Position numbers and translations under genes: made by a program
Shown: in pieces, positions 18,481-28,385 of the stretch
How the letters are laid out: each line of letters begins with the position of its first letter
Numbering within the stretch: the stretch's first letter is position 1
Notes under the pieces: model-generated
Database searches by the model: none
The model's input: the letters and a program-made list of their open reading frames with translations, nothing else
What the model was told of the DNA's origin: nothing
Origin: Aeropyrum pernix K1
Lineage (GTDB): Archaea; Thermoproteota; Thermoprotei_A; Sulfolobales; Acidilobaceae
Assembly (NCBI RefSeq): GCF_000011125.1
Contig: NC_000854.2
Coordinates: 1,350,001-1,382,000, forward strand
Reading direction: 5' to 3'
DNA: 32,000 nt

Positions 18481-19692
18481 CTAGAATTTTAGGCCGAAAG
18501 CTTGTCTAACCAGCTGCCTTACTATTGTCAGTCTCTGTATCTCGTTTGTGCCTTCATATATTGTCGTTATTATTGCGTCCCTCAGGTATCTTTCCACACC
18601 AGTCTCAGGGTCTACGCCGTAGCCTCCGTGTATCTGTATCGCCTGCCTCGCTATCCATTCAGCCGCTTCTGTGGCGAAGGCCTTTGCAAGGCTAGCGGCC
18701 ACTATGAACTCCCTCTTCCCTTTGTCAGCCAGTGTGGCTGCCCAGTATGTGAGTAGGCGTGCGGCCTCAAGCTTCATGTACATGTTGGCTAGCTTGTCGA
18801 TTATCATCTGGAACTGTATGAGTGGCTGGCCGAACACCTCCCTCTGGAGGGCGTAGTTTAGAGCCTTCTCGAACGAGGCTTGGGCTATCCCCACAGCCTG
18901 AGCAGCTATGCCTATTCTCGTGTAGTCGTATGTGGACACTATTACCTTGAATCCCTCGTCCTCTTTTCCAACAAGGTTCTCGGCTGGCACCTTAACATCC
19001 TCAAGGATAACCTCGTAGGGCTGCTCGCCCCTCATACCGAGCACTTTAAACTGCTGACCTATCTTTAGGCCTGGCATGTCCTTCTCGACTATAAACACGC
19101 TTATCCCCCACCACCTCTTATCCTCCCTCGGCGGGTTAGTCCTGGCAGACACTACAAGGTAGTCAGCATCCCTGGCACCGCTTATGAAGACCTTTCTACC
19201 GTTTATCACGTAATGATCGTTAACCTTGCGTGCAGTCGTCCTTATACCCGCCACATCGCTGCCTCCAGTCGGCTCTGTGTTGGCGTGCGCCCCCCTAGCC
19301 TTCCCCTGGGCTATAGGTGTCACATACTTTCTTTTCTGCTCTTCAGTACCGAAGAGAAGTATGGGGACTGCGAAGAGGTGGTTTACACCGATTGTTACGC
19401 CGAGTGCGGGAACAGCTCTAGCTATCTCCTCCGTCAGCAGGGCGGTCATAAGATGGCCGCCGCCCTGGCCGCCGTACTCTTCAGGTATACCTACCCCGAA
19501 AATGCCGAGGTCGGCTGCCTCCTTGAGTATATCCTCGGGAATTCTGTTAGTCTCCTCGATCTCTCTCCAACGTGGCATAACTTTGGATTCTACAAACTCC
19601 CTAATTGACTTTCTAAACAGCTCATGCTCCTCCGTTAGCTCGATTCTAAAATCCTCCGAGGAGCTGAAAGGGAAGACCATATCTTCACGCAC
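18481..19692 (-). CDS. Acyl-CoA dehydrogenase family protein
   Basis: 403 aa; LTEEHELFRKSIREFVE, NTEPTGGSDVAGIRTTA, QREVFGQPLIQFQMI, IHGGYG, YRL-type DAIITTIYEGTNEIQRL. Confidence 0.95.
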   Translation of the reverse strand: MREDMVFPFSSSEDFRIELTEEHELFRKSIREFVESKVMPRWREIEETNRIPEDILKEAADLGIFGVGIPEEYGGQGGGHLMTALLTEEIARAVPALGVTIGVNHLFAVPILLFGTEEQKRKYVTPIAQGKARGAHANTEPTGGSDVAGIRTTARKVNDHYVINGRKVFISGARDADYLVVSARTNPPREDKRWWGISVFIVEKDMPGLKIGQQFKVLGMRGEQPYEVILEDVKVPAENLVGKEDEGFKVIVSTYDYTRIGIAAQAVGIAQASFEKALNYALQREVFGQPLIQFQMIIDKLANMYMKLEAARLLTYWAATLADKGKREFIVAASLAKAFATEAAEWIARQAIQIHGGYGVDPETGVERYLRDAIITTIYEGTNEIQRLTIVRQLVRQAFGLKF

Positions 19693-19923
19693 CTTAAAAG
19701 TCTAATGTGTGTTTCTAGTGGATTTAAAATGGGGGTATTAGTGGCGAAATTATGAGGTCTAGAGTGCGGGTATAAGTACTCTTGGAGATTCCCGTTCTCG
19801 TTAAACTAGTGCTACTCCTGAATAAAATCTTAGTCTTTATTCCAACCTCAGACCCTGCTTGTCGTCCGCGTTACATGTCTTATCGTATCCTCCTATGTGT
19901 AGGACCTTGTAGACTGGAAACTC

Positions 19924-21393
19924 TCATTTCGCTAGGTTTAGCCCCCTAAACTTCAGTTTCTCCAGCTCTTTTCTACCTGAGTTGAGTACGTCTACATTGG
20001 CTACTGCGAATAGCGCAGGCGCCCCCCGCCGGAGCCTGCCGAGCCACGCCACGGGGCCTCCAGATGCTAGGGCGGAGTTTAGCGTGTATAGTTTGAGGGT
20101 TTCACGCGGCGTGAGAGACTCGCTTTCCCTGCAAAGCCTTGAGCTGCACAGCCCAACAGCAGCCTTGAACGTCTCCGCGGGATCGTAAGTTTCTACCGGC
20201 GCGTCGGTTGATAAAGCCAGCTTAACTCCCGCCCTCAGCATGGACGCGAAGGGGTAGGCCGCTTGCAGCATGTCAGACCCTACCCTACTCTCCAGCCACC
20301 AGTCGCTGACCCTAAACAGAGGCTGCACTACTGTCCAGACCCTCAGGCTAGCCAGCCTATCTATCTGGTTGGGCCAGGCTAGGCTGGCGTGCTCCACCCT
20401 GAGCATCCCCGGCTCTACACCCCTTGATATGGCGTTGCTGAAGCCTTCTAGAACCTCGTCTAACGCCGCATCTCCTATTGCGTGAACAGCAGTTGCAAGC
20501 CCCCGGTGGCTGTTTGACACTGCTTCCTCCGCTATGTCCCTACTGGAAAGCAGCTTCAACCCGCGCCATCCCTCGTTCTCACCGGAGATGTAAGGCCTCC
20601 TCAAATAGGCGGTGCGGCCGCCAAGGCTTCCGTCAGCGAATAGTTTTACCCCTACAATACTCCACCTTGCACCCGCCCTCTTTGGCGGCGGCTCTACTCC
20701 ACGCCTAAGATAGCATGCCACCCTGACCTCCAAAGCATCTCCTATAAGGGATAGCGCTCTAACCTCTTCCTCGCTACATGCCATTGAAGACACGCCAAAC
20801 ACCCCCACCGAGGCTAGTGCAGAGGCGGCGTCTCTCAGCAACTCCTCATTGTTATACGTCTTCATGGCTACGGAGACCGCGTATGAGACTGCATCCTCAA
20901 GCAGCAGGCCTCGCTCCCTGTCGACAAGGTTTGGGAACAGCTTGTCTACCCCCGACTCTCTTATGAATGCAGAGTTCGCCACTGCAACATGACCGCAGAT
21001 CCTTACGGCGAGCGCCGGCTTTTCGCCTAGGTATGAATCCAAAATTCTCCTGTCAAGTCTAGACCCAGGCCGGAACTCCTCCTCGTTCCACCCTCTTCCC
21101 ACCGCTATTGGCGAGTTGGCGGCTGCAAGCCTCTTCGCTACCTCCTCAGGAGAAGAAGCGCCCTTCAGGTTAACAATCCTAAAGCTAGCTCCCAAAGAGC
21201 GCATGTGTAGGTGAGCGTCCACCAGTGGGGGGAGGAGGAATCCCTTGACAGCTACCCTTTTCCCCACAGAAACATGAGGTTCGCCTCTGCTAATGGACTT
21301 TACAAGCCCCTCATCTACTAGAACGTGATCGCCTACGTATTCGCCTTCATGGGAGTAAACGGCTTCTGCAGAGACAACAACTGATCTCGCCAC
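19924..21393 (-). CDS. Amidohydrolase family protein (YtcJ-like)
   Basis: 489 aa; LLPPLVDAHLHM, VGRGWNEEEF, KLFADGSLGGRTAYL, AVHAIGDAALDEVLEGF, VEHASL, LALSTDAPVE. Confidence 0.9.
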   Translation of the reverse strand: MARSVVVSAEAVYSHEGEYVGDHVLVDEGLVKSISRGEPHVSVGKRVAVKGFLLPPLVDAHLHMRSLGASFRIVNLKGASSPEEVAKRLAAANSPIAVGRGWNEEEFRPGSRLDRRILDSYLGEKPALAVRICGHVAVANSAFIRESGVDKLFPNLVDRERGLLLEDAVSYAVSVAMKTYNNEELLRDAASALASVGVFGVSSMACSEEEVRALSLIGDALEVRVACYLRRGVEPPPKRAGARWSIVGVKLFADGSLGGRTAYLRRPYISGENEGWRGLKLLSSRDIAEEAVSNSHRGLATAVHAIGDAALDEVLEGFSNAISRGVEPGMLRVEHASLAWPNQIDRLASLRVWTVVQPLFRVSDWWLESRVGSDMLQAAYPFASMLRAGVKLALSTDAPVETYDPAETFKAAVGLCSSRLCRESESLTPRETLKLYTLNSALASGGPVAWLGRLRRGAPALFAVANVDVLNSGRKELEKLKFRGLNLAK

Positions 21394-21629
21394 GCCGAAG
21401 CCACACCTAATATGATATATTGTGTGGTTGAGAAGCTGATTAGCTCTCTCGACAGATTAAGCAGTATTAGTAGAGTATTCGCGTTGTAGTGTGGATATGA
21501 TGCTTAATGTACTTCCAAATATATTGTTTCTATGCCATTGTTTAAACTATATACATTTCTCTTGACCTGCTTTATTAACCATAAAGATATTTTATAGATA
21601 ACTTAGAGCACGATACCCACGTTGTAGGG

Positions 21630-21860
21630 GTGGGTTTAGTGGAGGCAAAGCAGGCTGCAGGCGCTCTCCTCACGGTCGTCGGCGTCCTACTGATATTATA
21701 CGCCATCTACTCGGGGTTTGTGAACGAGACTATAGGCTCTACGGAGAAGTTTTCTGCAGATGCGGCCGCAATGATAGTAGGATGGTTTGCTGTGCTCATA
21801 GGGCCAGCACTCCTCTTCGGCGAAACGCCTGCCGCCGTTAGGAAGGCGGCTGGGAGGTGA
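21630..21860 (+). CDS. Small two-helix membrane protein upstream of cstA
   Basis: 76 aa from GTG; two hydrophobic segments (LLTVVGVLLILYAIYSGFV and AAMIVGWFAVLIGPALLF); 6 nt before the cstA ORF. Confidence 0.7.
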   Translation: MGLVEAKQAAGALLTVVGVLLILYAIYSGFVNETIGSTEKFSADAAAMIVGWFAVLIGPALLFGETPAAVRKAAGR

Positions 21861-21866
21861 TGAACC

Positions 21867-23681
21867 GTGTCCATGCCTATACTACTCCTTGTTGCAGTTA
21901 TTCTAGCTATATATGCTGTGGCGTATCTTTTCTATGGCAGGAATATACTACAGGAGAAGGTTGTTAGAGCATCCCCTGAGAGGGAGACCCCGGCTATAGC
22001 CAAGTTCGACGGCGTCGACTATGTCCCGGCCCACAGGTTCGTGCTCTTCGGCCACCACTTCGCTAGCATAGCGGGCGCTGGACCTATAGTAGGCCCTGCC
22101 ATAGCCATGGCCTACGGCTGGCTCCTCCCCCTAGTCTGGGTTCTATTTGGCAATGTGTTCATGGGAGCCGTTCACGACTACCTCTCCCTAATGGCGAGCG
22201 TGAGGTACGGCGGCATCTCTATCGTTAGCGTTGGCGAGAACCTAATGGGGAGGAAGGCGAGGTATCTCTTCCTGATATACGTATTGTTCACTCTGATTCT
22301 CGTATATGCCGCCTTCGCGAGCATAGCGGCATCTCTGTTCGCTAGAGACCCCAGGGTTGCAACACTATCCATACTATTCATGCCGCTGGCTCTGCTGCTT
22401 GGCATAATGATGTACAGGATGGGCCTTGGGATGGGGCCCTCAACAGTTATAACGGTTGTTCTAGTGATCGCCGCCTTCGTTTACTCTTACAACCACGGTA
22501 TAGTCATAGGCACCTTCGACCCGAGCCTCCCACCGGGAGAAGGAGGCTGGGTAGCCTATCACAGGTGGGTCATAATACTAGGGCTCTACGCGCTCCTAGC
22601 TGCAAGCCTGCCTGTCTGGTATCTCCTACAGCCTAGGGACTATCTAAACGCCTACATACTATGGACGGGTCTGGGCCTAGCCGCTATAGCCGCCATACTG
22701 CTTGGAACACAGAGCCTCAAGGGCCCAGCCTACACTTCCTTCCAGCCAAACATAATCGCAGGACAGCCCACACCCTTCTGGCCAGCCATACCGCTCATAA
22801 TAGCCTGTGGCTCCCTTAGCGGGTTCCACAGCCTAGTAGCCTCGGGCACCACTAGTAAGCAGCTTGCAAGCGAGCTAGATGCCCTCTTCGTCGGCTACGG
22901 TGCAATGCTGCTCGAGGGAGCCCTCTCGGGCCTGGCAGTGATAATACCTATATCATTCGCGTGGAACGCCCCCGAGCTAATACAGAAGGGTGTTATCGAG
23001 AACAACATGCTGGATCTCGCCGCGGTTCCAAGGTATGCTGTGGGATACGGCTACACGCTGGCGAAGACGTTTGAGATGTTTGGCGTAGGCTTCGACACGG
23101 GATACAGCTTCTTCACCCTCTTCGCAAGCCTCATGCTATCGATGTATGTGCTCACGACTCTCGACACGGGGACGAGGCTCGCCAGGTTTGCCTGGCAAGA
23201 ACTCTTCGACTGGCTCGCCAACGTCGACAAGAACCTATACTCGATAGTCACCAACAAGTGGGTCTCCAGCCTGGCAGTGGTTATAATAGGCAGCGCCCTG
23301 GCGTACCCTGTCCTCGAGATAGGTGCTGGCTACAAGGCGGCTTACAACGTGGTGTGGCCGGCTTTCGCCGGGGCCAACCAGATGTTGGCAGCAATAGCCT
23401 TGCTGACGAGCGCCCTCTGGGTATACGGTGTGCTGAACGTTAGAGGAGGGACGGGGCTGCTGATACTGCTGCCCTCCCTCTTCCTATGGGTCACCGTTAC
23501 AGCAGGCTTAACATGGTGGCTGATGGTCATACTGCCAGTGCTGCCGGCTATACAGCAGTTTGGAGCCGGCTCCATGATACTGTTCACGCTGCTGCTGAGC
23601 CTGCTACTCTTCGCCCTATTCATAATAAACTTCAACAAACTGAGCAAGCAGGCCGGAGCCTCACAGCAGGCCCAGGCTTAA
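21867..23681 (+). CDS. cstA: Carbon starvation protein CstA family transporter
   Basis: 604 aa polytopic protein; HRFVLFGHHFASIAGAGPIVGPAIA, GNVFMGAVHDYLSLM, CGSLSGFHSLVASGTTSKQL. Confidence 0.95.
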   Translation: MSMPILLLVAVILAIYAVAYLFYGRNILQEKVVRASPERETPAIAKFDGVDYVPAHRFVLFGHHFASIAGAGPIVGPAIAMAYGWLLPLVWVLFGNVFMGAVHDYLSLMASVRYGGISIVSVGENLMGRKARYLFLIYVLFTLILVYAAFASIAASLFARDPRVATLSILFMPLALLLGIMMYRMGLGMGPSTVITVVLVIAAFVYSYNHGIVIGTFDPSLPPGEGGWVAYHRWVIILGLYALLAASLPVWYLLQPRDYLNAYILWTGLGLAAIAAILLGTQSLKGPAYTSFQPNIIAGQPTPFWPAIPLIIACGSLSGFHSLVASGTTSKQLASELDALFVGYGAMLLEGALSGLAVIIPISFAWNAPELIQKGVIENNMLDLAAVPRYAVGYGYTLAKTFEMFGVGFDTGYSFFTLFASLMLSMYVLTTLDTGTRLARFAWQELFDWLANVDKNLYSIVTNKWVSSLAVVIIGSALAYPVLEIGAGYKAAYNVVWPAFAGANQMLAAIALLTSALWVYGVLNVRGGTGLLILLPSLFLWVTVTAGLTWWLMVILPVLPAIQQFGAGSMILFTLLLSLLLFALFIINFNKLSKQAGASQQAQA

Positions 23682-23730
23682 GCCTCCTTTCGACATCGTT
23701 TTTTCAACCCTTTAACCCACTTTCTAATTC

Positions 23731-24054
23731 ATGGGATGGCGAGTCATGCTAGATCTTCTCGTGCAAGCAGCGCACAGGATTTCGGGAATATTTAGGGGAA
23801 TGTTTCACGAGCTAGCTGTAACCCTCAAGGCTATGATGTCTGGCCATGCAGTGGATACTCTGCAGATGGAGCTGGAGGAGCTTGAGAACGTTTTCGCAAC
23901 CGTCATAATAGGGAGCCTGGCGGGCATGCCTCTGGCGCCTCTAGGCCTCGCTGTTGAGGTGGCTGGTTACATGGAGGAGGAGATATCGACGATGATCGAG
24001 AAGCACGCCAAGTATAGGGATGGGCTTGCGGCTTACGCGAGCCTAGGGGGCTAG
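23731..24054 (+). CDS. Small helical protein of unknown function upstream of ArsA/Get3-like ATPase
   Basis: 107 aa; amphipathic helices around a hydrophobic stretch (VFATVIIGSLAGMPLAPLGLAVEVAGYM); 6 nt before the ATPase ORF. A start at 23746 (MLDLL) is possible. Confidence 0.65.
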   Translation: MGWRVMLDLLVQAAHRISGIFRGMFHELAVTLKAMMSGHAVDTLQMELEELENVFATVIIGSLAGMPLAPLGLAVEVAGYMEEEISTMIEKHAKYRDGLAAYASLGG

Positions 24055-24060
24055 AGAGCT

Positions 24061-25052
24061 ATGAGTGGAGCAGGTATTGAGAAGCTAGTTGAGGATGTGG
24101 TACCCGCCATATCCAGTGGCGCAGGCCCTCATGTTGTGTTTGTTACTGGGAAGGGAGGGGTGGGGAAGACCACCGTCAGTATACTGCTGGGGACTCTCCT
24201 GTCAAGGGTTGGGGAGACTCTTGTAATAAGTCTTGACCAGGCTAAGCATTTGAAGGAGTACCTGGATTTGGAGGATGTTAACAGGGTTTACAATGTAAGG
24301 GGCGGCCTGTATGCCATGCAGTTCGACACAGGGAGGGATATAGACAGGCTCAGCTCCGAATACATGATGCTTATGAAGCGCATTATGCCTGGCCTTAAGG
24401 TGTTAAACCTCGACAAGACTGTAGAGATAGTAAAAACGCGCCGGGCCTTGAGGAGGAGGTGTACCTGAGGAAGATACTGGAGCTCTACAGAGACAGCAGG
24501 TTCAAGTATGTGGTTGTCGACACGCCCCCTACGGGGCTGACGCTTAGGATACTCAGCCTTCCCAGGCTATACACCTTCTGGCTGGAGAGCCTCATCGGCA
24601 TCAGGGAAAGAATAGTTAGTTTAAGGTATGTTATAGCGAGGAGCATCGGGCGGGAGCCCGAGATGGATGATCCTGTACTGGACAAGCTGAGGGAGATGCA
24701 GGATAGGTACGCTAAGCTCTCGAATGATCTAGTGGAGAGGGAGAGGACCTCGTTCGCCATAGTGGCCACCCCAGAACCCCTACCCGTTTACGAGGCCCGG
24801 AAGACAGTCGAGTTTCTTGAGAGTATGGGGGCCAAGCCATCCATTATAGTTGTTAATAGAATACTTCCCGCTGAGATAGCGTCGCGCCTGGGAGTTTTAG
24901 AGGTTCAGTCTAAAGCTCTGAACGAGCTTAGGACTAGAGTATGTAGGAAGCCCTGTGTACTCGTTGAAATACCCATGGTGGAGACTGTTCCGAGTTCCTT
25001 GGAGGCGGTGTTAAACCTTGTAGAGAGGTCGAGGGGGCTTGTGCTAGAGTAG
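24061..25052 (+). CDS. ArsA/Get3-like anion-transporting ATPase, interrupted by an apparent -1 frameshift (24061..24468 and 24459..25052)
   Basis: First part has VFVTGKGGVGKTTVSILLG; second has KYVVVDTPPTGLTLRILSLPRL. Frames join cleanly at AAAAA (24432-24436) to read KTVEIVKNAPGLEEEVYLRKILELY. Confidence 0.85.
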
Positions 25053-25065
25053 AGACGCTTACTGC

Positions 25066-27768
25066 TTACAATACGTTTTCCAGCGCGTCGGCCAGCAGCT
25101 CTTCTACCTTGTCGGCAGAAAGCCTGCCTTCAACTCTTAGGCTTGCGTAGCTCCCTCTACCGCCTCCGCGCCCTCCAACCTTCTTTATTACTATTTTCAC
25201 TAGTGCTCCCAGATCGACCTTCTCGGCGGCCTTTGGGCCTGCGGCTATCTCAACCTGTGTGTTGCCTTCGTTTTCAACAACTAGAGCAGCTATGAGGTCC
25301 TCGTGCCTTGAAGTTAGCTTTCTGAGTATCTCTTGAACAGTCCTCCTATCCTTCTCGAGCGACTCTACAGCCAGGACCTTAACACCATTTACCCTCCTTG
25401 CCCTGGATATGTAGGCTTCTTCAATAGTCTTGACCCAGTAGTCCCTATACCTCTTGAGGTCCTCCCTGGCCTGCTCGAGACTGGCTATAAGGCCCTTAAC
25501 CCTTGCCTCCTCCTGCCCCCGCGGCGCTTTTACGGCGTCTCCTATGCGGGCGAGCCTCTCCTCGAGCTCGCGGGCGTAGATGGCCACCCTATCCCCGGCT
25601 ACATACTCTAAACGTACAACTCCGTCTTGTATCCTCGAGTAGGATATTATCTTGAAACCCCCTATTTCCCCCGTGTTCCTAACGTGGGTTCCGAAGCAGG
25701 CCTCAACATCCCAGTCTTCCACGAACACTAGCCTAAGCCTCTTCTCCATGGGTACTCCGCCTTGGTATATTGTGAAACCATACTTCTCCTCCGCCTCATT
25801 CTTGTCCACCATGTCCTCCCAGACCCTCCGCCTCTCCCTTATAACCTGGTTTACAACGTTCTCGAGCTTCTCTATATCATCCCTGGTCAGCGGTCTGTGG
25901 TGGGTTATGTCGAGCCTGCCCTTCTCCTCAGTCTTCTCAGCTCCAGCCTGCCATGCGTGGCGGCCTAGCACCCTCCTGGCGGCCGCTATGAGCACGTGGG
26001 TGACTGTGTGGTGTCTCATTATCGAGTAACGCCTCTCCCAGTCTATCTCCATCCAGACCTCGTCACCTGGCTCGGCGGCTATCTCCCTCTCGGCCACGTG
26101 GACGATGGCGTCACCCACCTTCTGGACGTCAATTATCCTGTACTGCTGGTTGTTAACCCTTATCACGCCCGTGTCGTGTATCTGGCCTCCCCCTGTCGGG
26201 TAGAATATTGTCGAGTCTGCTACGAGATATCGGCCCTTAACCCCCAGCACCCGGGCTTTCCAGGCCTTGGCGTAGGGGTCCTCATGGAAAACCCTCCTAG
26301 TCTCCCCGAATCTCCTCGCCCACTCCTCCACATCCCTAGGGAGCCCCGTCTCATCGAAGCCATAGCCCCTAATCTTCTCAGGCCCCCTGTGCCTGGCGGC
26401 TACTAGAGAGTAGAAGTTGTGGGGGACCTCGACAGGCGCCCCCCTGCTCGCGGCTATCTCGGCGGCTATCTCAGGCGGCACGCCCATGCTGTCGTAGAGC
26501 CTTATCAGGTCATCCACTCCAAGCCTCTTCTTCCTCTTCAACTCCCTCTCCACGATACTCCTAGCCTTCCTCAAGACATCGCGGAATCTCTCCTCCTCAA
26601 GCGATACAGCATCGAGTATATAGTCTAGGTTCTCCTTCAGCTGGGGGAAGTCTCTCATCCAGAATCTCGCCTGCCTCTCTACAAGATCGACTAGCGGGAC
26701 TTCCGCGTTAAGCAGGGACAGCTGCCTTAACGCCCTCCTCACCACAAGCCTGGCTAAATAGCCCTCGCCCGAGTTGCTTGGAACTATGCCGTCGCCGAGC
26801 ATGAGAGCTATGGTCTTGGTGTGGTCTAGAACGCTATACAGCCTGGCCTCCCTGGTGAGAATAGACCTAACAGTCTCAACGTCCCCGCCAGCTAGGGAGG
26901 CGACAGTCTGGTAGTAGTTTCTCAGGCTTTCAGGATCCTCTGGGTCTAGGAAGCCTGCGACCCTGAATGCAGCCCACATGACATTTTCATCGGGCTTCTC
27001 GACCCCGAGCATCCTCCTGAAGTCGTCCACTAGGCTGCCGTATATTGCGTGGAATGCGGTGGGCGTCTTCTGGGTAAACCAGGCGAGCCTCTCAACCCCA
27101 TAGCCGGTGTCCACTATCTTAAGAGGTATCTCCTCGTACCTACCATCGACTACTCTATATTTCATGAACACCAGCGTGGCTAGCTCTAGCCCTCCAACGG
27201 CCACCTCAAAGCTAGGGCCAGCGTTACCACCGCCTTCCCACCACGACTCCTTGAACACTATGAGCTCGGGAGGTATCCCGAGGACCTGGGTGAAGAACTC
27301 GAAGGCGAGCCGGACAGTCTCCTCCTTCCAGTAAACCTGCCTGTCGGGATAGTTGAAGGCATGGTGTGCCGCCATCTCGAACGATGTTAGGTGCCTCCCT
27401 ATCGTTATTCCAACGTTGTCAATATCCTCAAGCCTTATACTCGGCTGGCTTATGACAAGGGGGTTAGCAGGCGGCGGCACTAGACCGCTGGTGACGTGGG
27501 GCTGGAAAACTACGATACTAGCTATGGTGAGGTAGAGATCTTCCCTCCACCTAGCAACCACGGGCCTCGGGGGAACCCTTGTGTGGCCGTGCTTCTCGAA
27601 GAAGCTTAGAAAAGCCTCGCGCGCCTCTCCAACGCTCATGCCGCTTACAGACTTGACCTTGTCGAACCAGTATTCGACACAGGGGGTGTCCTGAGGCTCG
27701 CTGAACTCTGGGTTTAAAGTCCAGAACGCCTCCCTACACCTAGCACCCTCCTTCCTGACGAAACCCAT
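25066..27768 (-). CDS. alaS: Alanyl-tRNA synthetase
   Basis: 900 aa; EGCARCREAFWTL-like N-terminus, FQPHVTSGLVPPPANPLVISQPSIR, HHTVTHVLIAAARRVLG, CFGTHVRNTGEIG. In-frame homology continues upstream to at least 27816. Confidence 0.96.
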   Translation of the reverse strand: MGFVRKEGARCREAFWTLNPEFSEPQDTPCVEYWFDKVKSVSGMSVGEAREAFLSFFEKHGHTRVPPRPVVARWREDLYLTIASIVVFQPHVTSGLVPPPANPLVISQPSIRLEDIDNVGITIGRHLTSFEMAAHHAFNYPDRQVYWKEETVRLAFEFFTQVLGIPPELIVFKESWWEGGGNAGPSFEVAVGGLELATLVFMKYRVVDGRYEEIPLKIVDTGYGVERLAWFTQKTPTAFHAIYGSLVDDFRRMLGVEKPDENVMWAAFRVAGFLDPEDPESLRNYYQTVASLAGGDVETVRSILTREARLYSVLDHTKTIALMLGDGIVPSNSGEGYLARLVVRRALRQLSLLNAEVPLVDLVERQARFWMRDFPQLKENLDYILDAVSLEEERFRDVLRKARSIVERELKRKKRLGVDDLIRLYDSMGVPPEIAAEIAASRGAPVEVPHNFYSLVAARHRGPEKIRGYGFDETGLPRDVEEWARRFGETRRVFHEDPYAKAWKARVLGVKGRYLVADSTIFYPTGGGQIHDTGVIRVNNQQYRIIDVQKVGDAIVHVAEREIAAEPGDEVWMEIDWERRYSIMRHHTVTHVLIAAARRVLGRHAWQAGAEKTEEKGRLDITHHRPLTRDDIEKLENVVNQVIRERRRVWEDMVDKNEAEEKYGFTIYQGGVPMEKRLRLVFVEDWDVEACFGTHVRNTGEIGGFKIISYSRIQDGVVRLEYVAGDRVAIYARELEERLARIGDAVKAPRGQEEARVKGLIASLEQAREDLKRYRDYWVKTIEEAYISRARRVNGVKVLAVESLEKDRRTVQEILRKLTSRHEDLIAALVVENEGNTQVEIAAGPKAAEKVDLGALVKIVIKKVGGRGGGRGSYASLRVEGRLSADKVEELLADALENVL

Positions 27769-27996
27769 CTCCTTAAAGAACTCTAGCTTATACTCGGCGG
27801 GGTCTACCTCGACCAGTCTTCCACACCCCTTGAATCAAAGAACTTAGTGCAGGGGGGCTAAATGTGTCTCAACACTAAAACAGGCGAGACTTCACTGCAG
27901 GCCTAAACAAAAGTTGGGCGGCGGAAAAGTGTGCGGGAGTGTTGGAGAGAAGAAGGAGGTAATAGCGGGGCCTGGCCGATTTTGGTCTGCCAGCTC

Positions 27997-28332
27997 TCAG
28001 AAGCCGAACATGCCTGAGAGGCCGGAGAGGTCGACCTCTTCCTCCTTCTTCTCCTCTTCCTCTTCTTTCTTCTCCTCCTCGGCTTTCTCCTCTGCTGCTG
28101 GTGCCGCTGCCGGGGCGGCCGCTGCGGCTGCCACAGGAGCCGCCACGGCCTGCTTCAGCACTTCCTCCAGGTTAACCTCCTCCAGGCTGGCTACTAGCAT
28201 CTTTATCTTTGCCTCGTCGACTTGCATGCCGATGGCTTCAGCAGCCTTCTTGAGGGTCTCTTCGTCTATCTTGCCGCCCGCGTAGTATATGGCCAGGGCG
28301 AGGTGTATGTACGCCTTGCCCTCCTGAGCCAT
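27997..28332 (-). CDS. rpl12: Ribosomal protein L12/P1
   Basis: 111 aa; YIHLALAIYYAGGKIDEETLKKAAEAIG, acidic C-terminus ending GLSGMFGF. Confidence 0.96.
   Translation of the reverse strand: MAQEGKAYIHLALAIYYAGGKIDEETLKKAAEAIGMQVDEAKIKMLVASLEEVNLEEVLKQAVAAPVAAAAAAPAAAPAAEEKAEEEKKEEEEEKKEEEVDLSGLSGMFGF
28043..28120. repeat. 78-bp perfect direct repeat, copy 1 (rpl12 3' region)
   Basis: Base-by-base identical to 28432-28509. Confidence 0.95.
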
Positions 28333-28385
28333 GTCATATCACCCTAATCCTCTCCCGAATGTCACCTATTCGCCCTAATAAGGGT

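Noticed and set aside
18502-19705. Plus-strand ORFs opposite the acyl-CoA dehydrogenase gene
   Set aside because: Antisense open frames in GC-biased coding sequence with no protein-family character; the minus-strand enzyme explains the region.
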